NCBI RefSeq assembly: GCF_009914755.1
Contig: NC_060932.1
Direction: 5' to 3' (one strand)
Source: the human T2T-CHM13v2.0 reference genome, Homo sapiens
Length of the DNA: 64,000 nucleotides
In this document: positions 59,185-64,000 of the stretch, in pieces
Layout: each line of letters opens with the position of its first letter
Position numbering within the stretch: position 1 is the first letter of the stretch
Made by a program: the position numbers and the translations under genes
The notes under the pieces: model-generated
Databases searched by the model: none
What the model saw: only the letters and a program-made list of their open reading frames with translations
What the model was told of the DNA's origin: nothing

Positions 59185-60253
59185 ATGTGTGTATGCCTTA
59201 AGCAATCTTGGACATAACTTTTTGTATATTACTTTTTACGTAAGGACAAAACTTTGATTTTAGAGCACAGTGAAAATGGAAAATATACATTTTATTGAGA
59301 GAAATGGCATATTATAACTTCGAGTCATAGAGAAGACAGAATAGATGTTCTGTAAATTCTAGCCAGGTTAGAGTATAATGTTACAAACAGGAAATGGCAA
59401 ATTAGATGCAGTGAGATATCAGTATGCTTTTGATGGAGACAAAAAATAAGAGAAAAATAGAGATCATTATCTGAGATTATTATATTACCATCTGAGTTTG
59501 CAATATACTAAGTCAGATAAAATTTCTTAAGTATTCTGAGAAATGTTGAGTTTTTCTGCATATTGTGAATATCCCTTAACTGTTGATAATTACAGTAATA
59601 TCTAAGGGAACTGCAAGGTGGAGAATGACATTGCACTATAAACAGCAGTAAACAGTAGTGTCGCTCTGAAGAATGCAAAAGTTTTTTGAGCATTTGAACT
59701 GTGAAGCAAATTTTTAGCCATTCCCTGTAAGTGTATTGTTGGGAAGTGTATTGTTAATCATTGATTTTCATGTAATTGTAAATGGTTAGCCACAGTTTTA
59801 ACAGTATAACCGTATTATAATAGGATGTGTAAATTTATTAGATGAAAGCATCAGTGATTTTCGGGGGCCATGGAAAATTCTCAGGACACAGGGACATTTA
59901 ATTTACTGCTGGGAGAATTGAAGCATTGTGGGTTTCTGAAATAAGAGTCCCAACATTGCCAAAATCCTGATTTTCTTCAGTCTTCTTGATCCTTTAATTT
60001 TTTTAAAGAAAAGCCCCACACATCCTAGAGGTTTTAGAAATGTGTTTGTTTCCTACAGGACTCTGAATATGGCTGTATCTACAAGGGGTGATATGAAATT
60101 AACTTCTTTTACACAGCCAATTTCATGAGACAGAGCTTTAGGATTCCATATGGAAGAGCCAGAAAATGTTTTTCTCATTTCAGATACATCTGTCTTTTAT
60201 TATTAGATTCTAGTATTAGGTTATCTCTCAGTCTTAGTTTATGGCTTAGTTGA

Positions 60254-60288
<35 letters not shown>

Positions 60289-60378
60289 ATACACATATTT
60301 TATATAAATATATATATAATGTGTATATATATATAAAATCATGCTATATAAAAATCTCTCTCTATATAGTGTGTGTGT
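60254..60378. repeat. (TG)n/(TA)n microsatellite
   Basis: Directly visible. Confidence 0.9.
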
Positions 60379-60415
60379 GATATAGTGTGATATGAGAGAT
60401 TGCAATGAAAAATAA

Positions 60416-60757
<342 letters not shown>

Positions 60758-61989
60758 TGAATATCCTTCGTAATGATGTTAGGTCTGGATAGGCGAAATG
60801 ACCTGGAGATGATTTCTCTTTTCATTTGTTAATTCCTCACCAAACCCAACCTCTCTATGCACCTTTCCCAGAGTCATAAGTATAAAGTGCTTTCTTCATG
60901 TGAAGATTTCTGATTTTTCCTAAGTACCTTCATTTCATTAATGTTTGATTTTGAGACCTAATTTTTATAGACCCAATCTATATAGAACATAGTTTTTGTT
61001 TTCTCTTAGAATTGTTTTTCTGTTTTGGCTGGTAACATAAAATGTTTGACATGTTAATAGAGGTGAACTTTTTCTTTTCAAATAAAAGCTTTAATTGGTT
61101 TGCAGGGCTGTAAATATCCATCAACTACCAATTTAACAACATATTTGAAATAAACTGATCAGACCTATATACTAAATGGAATGTCTGAGATGGTCCTGAT
61201 CTCAACTGGCAGAATTATTTTTAATTGATATCAACTTAACATAAAGGAGCCCTGAAGCATGCTCTGATATTAAACCCAAATGTCATTTATCCTTTGTCAT
61301 GACCTATGTATTAAACTTTTAAAAAGATTTACATGAATAATTTTCCACACACATAAAAAAAGAAAGTTAAAACCTCAATGCCATTATTATATATTTAAGA
61401 TTTGGCCTATTTTAAATTAATTTATTTTTATAAGGTAACTTTTTTTAGAAAATAAATTTCACCCAGAAAAAGAATTCTCATTTTTTTTAAAAAGGAATTT
61501 ATCCCACATTGTTTTCATCCATTCTGTAACTTCCTCACAACTGTTACAATTGATTTTTACAGTAGTTGCTACTTCTATTTCTTTGTGACTTTAAAACTAT
61601 ATATATAAACAGTGAAGTACCTACTATTGATACTAGAAAGAGGGAGGTGAAACTTTTAATAAAGTTTTGAAGCAATAGCTATTTTAAAATTTAGGCATCT
61701 GACTTAATCTCAGAAGTATGTATTGGAGGACTCAAAGCAATGCTGAGAAGTTAACCAAACAGACAACAGTATGGAAATATATATACAAAAGATAAAATTT
61801 GGTGTTGTGTAAGTATAGCATTCTATATAATTCATCATCATTGTAAAATGTTGAAGAATAATTAATATAGGTGAGATTTTTTATTTCTGCAGCTTTTGTT
61901 GAAAGCAAGAAAAAACACTTTTAGAGAAGCATGAAAATAATGATTTGCCTTTACCTTATTTGTTGTGAAATTCACCTCTTAGAATACAT

Positions 61990-63389
61990 TCAGTTATAGA
62001 AATTCCAATCTGTAGATATAGATAAAAAACAGGGGCTCAACAAAGCAACAACATGAGAGATTCAGTGAGTAGACTGACTAATGAGATGGGATTAAAATAA
62101 CTCAAATTTTATGAGCTGGAATCAGCAAAGTCTATCAAGGGACATGAAATCTACATATAAATATCAAGTCCTTGTAAACATGAATTAAGACAACAATTTT
62201 TAACCCAATAGTAAATACAGGAACCCTGGATATACAATGAGACAAATAAATTGTGCTGGGTTTTTGAGGAAACACTACTTTGCTTCAGAAAGATGATATA
62301 GACATAGTCTGAGTTTTTTGGAAATAATTTCAGGGAGAAATGAATGTTTTAGAGGCAATAGAGTCACCTAGATTAATTCCATTGAGAAATATTACAATAA
62401 AATATACTGGAAAAAATTAAAGCTAAAGGAGTAGCAGTATGTTGCACTTTTCTTTTCCTTATCCATGCTAAAATGAATAGACTCTGGTTTTCTCATCATT
62501 GCAACCAGACAGTTAACCTGGAATACTGATTCTCAATCTTAGTTGTGTTAAAATAAACATGGATAATCATAGTAATAATAACACACAATAACTCTGCCCT
62601 GATAGAGTTAGGATGTAACACAGTAGATTTATTTTCTGAACTGAATTCAAGAAGGAGGATCCAAGTTGCTCATATTCTAGGAAGAAAATAGACTTCCACT
62701 CAGAGATGACACAAAATAATATCAAAGAAATTGCTTATGAAGAACTCGGAATTACAATATAGAGAAAATTACTGAGACTCCAAGATGGTAGAGAAACCAG
62801 GTTAAAAGGAAGAAACAACTGGATAAAAAGATCTCTTGTTTCCGAGTCATCATGAAACATAAGGATAGTCAAAAAGTTACAATTAAATAATAGAAAGTTC
62901 TAGAGATAATCAGAAAATTAACACTATTTTTATCCACATCCCCCAACTGTGCACATAAATTTCATCATAGTTGCATTTGAAGAAATGATGTGGAAGGCAT
63001 CTAAATTAAGTTGTGAATACAGTCTTGGTACTTTTGAATAACTTTGAAGAGTTCCAGTGCTGTTATGGTGATATAGGTCCCCTACAGCCCATTCAGTCTG
63101 CTGATTTAAACTCTGGACAATATATTAAAAAAAGAAAAGAGGAAAAGAGAAAAAAGAAAAAGTAGGCTCTGATACTTAAATAATCATAGTAAGATTGTGG
63201 TAGAGAGGCAACATCCGATAAAATGACTCCTCCATTATTTGAGTTTCTCACTTTTTCTTTCAACTTTTCCAAGCGTTCTCCACAGTCACGGACTAACACA
63301 GGCAGGGGTGGCTAAGGTTGTTACGGAGGAATCTGGAAAAAGAAAGGAAATAACTGAACAAGAGGACACTCTAATTGTATGAGAACAAA

Positions 63390-63421
<32 letters not shown>

Positions 63422-64000
63422 TTTGAGTTGCCATATATAAATTAAAGGAATTGAATTGGTTAATAAAAATTTTCCCCAAAGTAAATTCCAGGCCTTAATG
63501 ATTACACTAATGAATTCCATCAAACATTCAAGTAAAAAATAATAGCAATTTAAAAAAAAACTGCATAAAAGAAAGTGGATTAAACACAATCCAACTTATT
63601 TTGGTAGGCCAATATAACTTTAATACAAAGACTGACAAGATTTTAACAAAAAGAACAGAACAAAAAAGAGAAAAGGAAGGAAAAGAAAAAGGAGACAGAG
63701 AAGAAGAGCAAGAAGAGGCAAAAGAAGAGAAATAAGAGAAGGAAGAGGAGAACATTATAGATTGATATTTCGCATGGATATAGATGCAATATATCTTAAT
63801 TAAATCTTACCAAATTGATTTTAACAATACATAAAATAAAATAGATATGACAAAGTGGGATTAATCCAAGCAATTCACCAGGTTTTAAAATTTGAAATTA
63901 GTCAATGTAATTAATGATATTACCAAAATAAAGGGGAAAATTATACGAAATAAAAGATCATTTAAACAAATGCATAAAAATCAGTTTACTGCTATTAAAC
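61990..64000 (+). mobile_element. Very diverged L1M(E) fragments; ORF2 RT-proximal region clearest from ~63430
   Basis: aaaggaattgaattggttaataaaaatttcccc...ttccaggcc...atgaattccatcaaacattcaag...atgacaaagtgggattaatccaag; includes (CA)n at ~63396-63421. Confidence 0.65.

Noticed and set aside
56564-59217. Dense overlapping 100-230 aa ORFs resembling a gene or CpG-island promoter
   Set aside because: All lie within the GC-rich MER52 LTR, where stop codons are naturally rare; no protein motif is recognisable.

Overview
AT-rich primate (very probably human or great-ape) nuclear DNA, intronic or intergenic. It carries primate-specific AluY/AluS/AluJ, L1PA and L1PB elements, MaLR and ERV1 LTRs, and older MIR, L2, L1M and DNA-transposon relics. 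I cannot support any intact host protein-coding gene. The long ORFs in the track are disrupted L1 ORF2 pieces, GC-rich MER52 LTR sequence, Alu read-through or microsatellite artefacts. Main landmarks are a twin-primed 5'-inverted L1PA2/3 (34533-38095), a near full-length L1PB1 with a 17-bp TSD (49776-56219) and a ~2.6-kb MER52 solo LTR (56588-59184). The least expected signals are: (1) a ~600-bp MIR-containing, polyA-signal-terminated foreign segment inside a younger L1MA; (2) an 85-bp unique segment present twice, 22 kb apart, with one copy replacing part of an L1; (3) a near-perfect 29-bp-arm hairpin apparently built by local template switching; (4) a ~96-nt multi-stem hairpin rich in E-boxes; (5) a possible very old Gypsy-like gag-protease relic. 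I see no evidence of a new multi-gene system. Repeat subfamily names come from my recall of consensus sequences, not from a database search.
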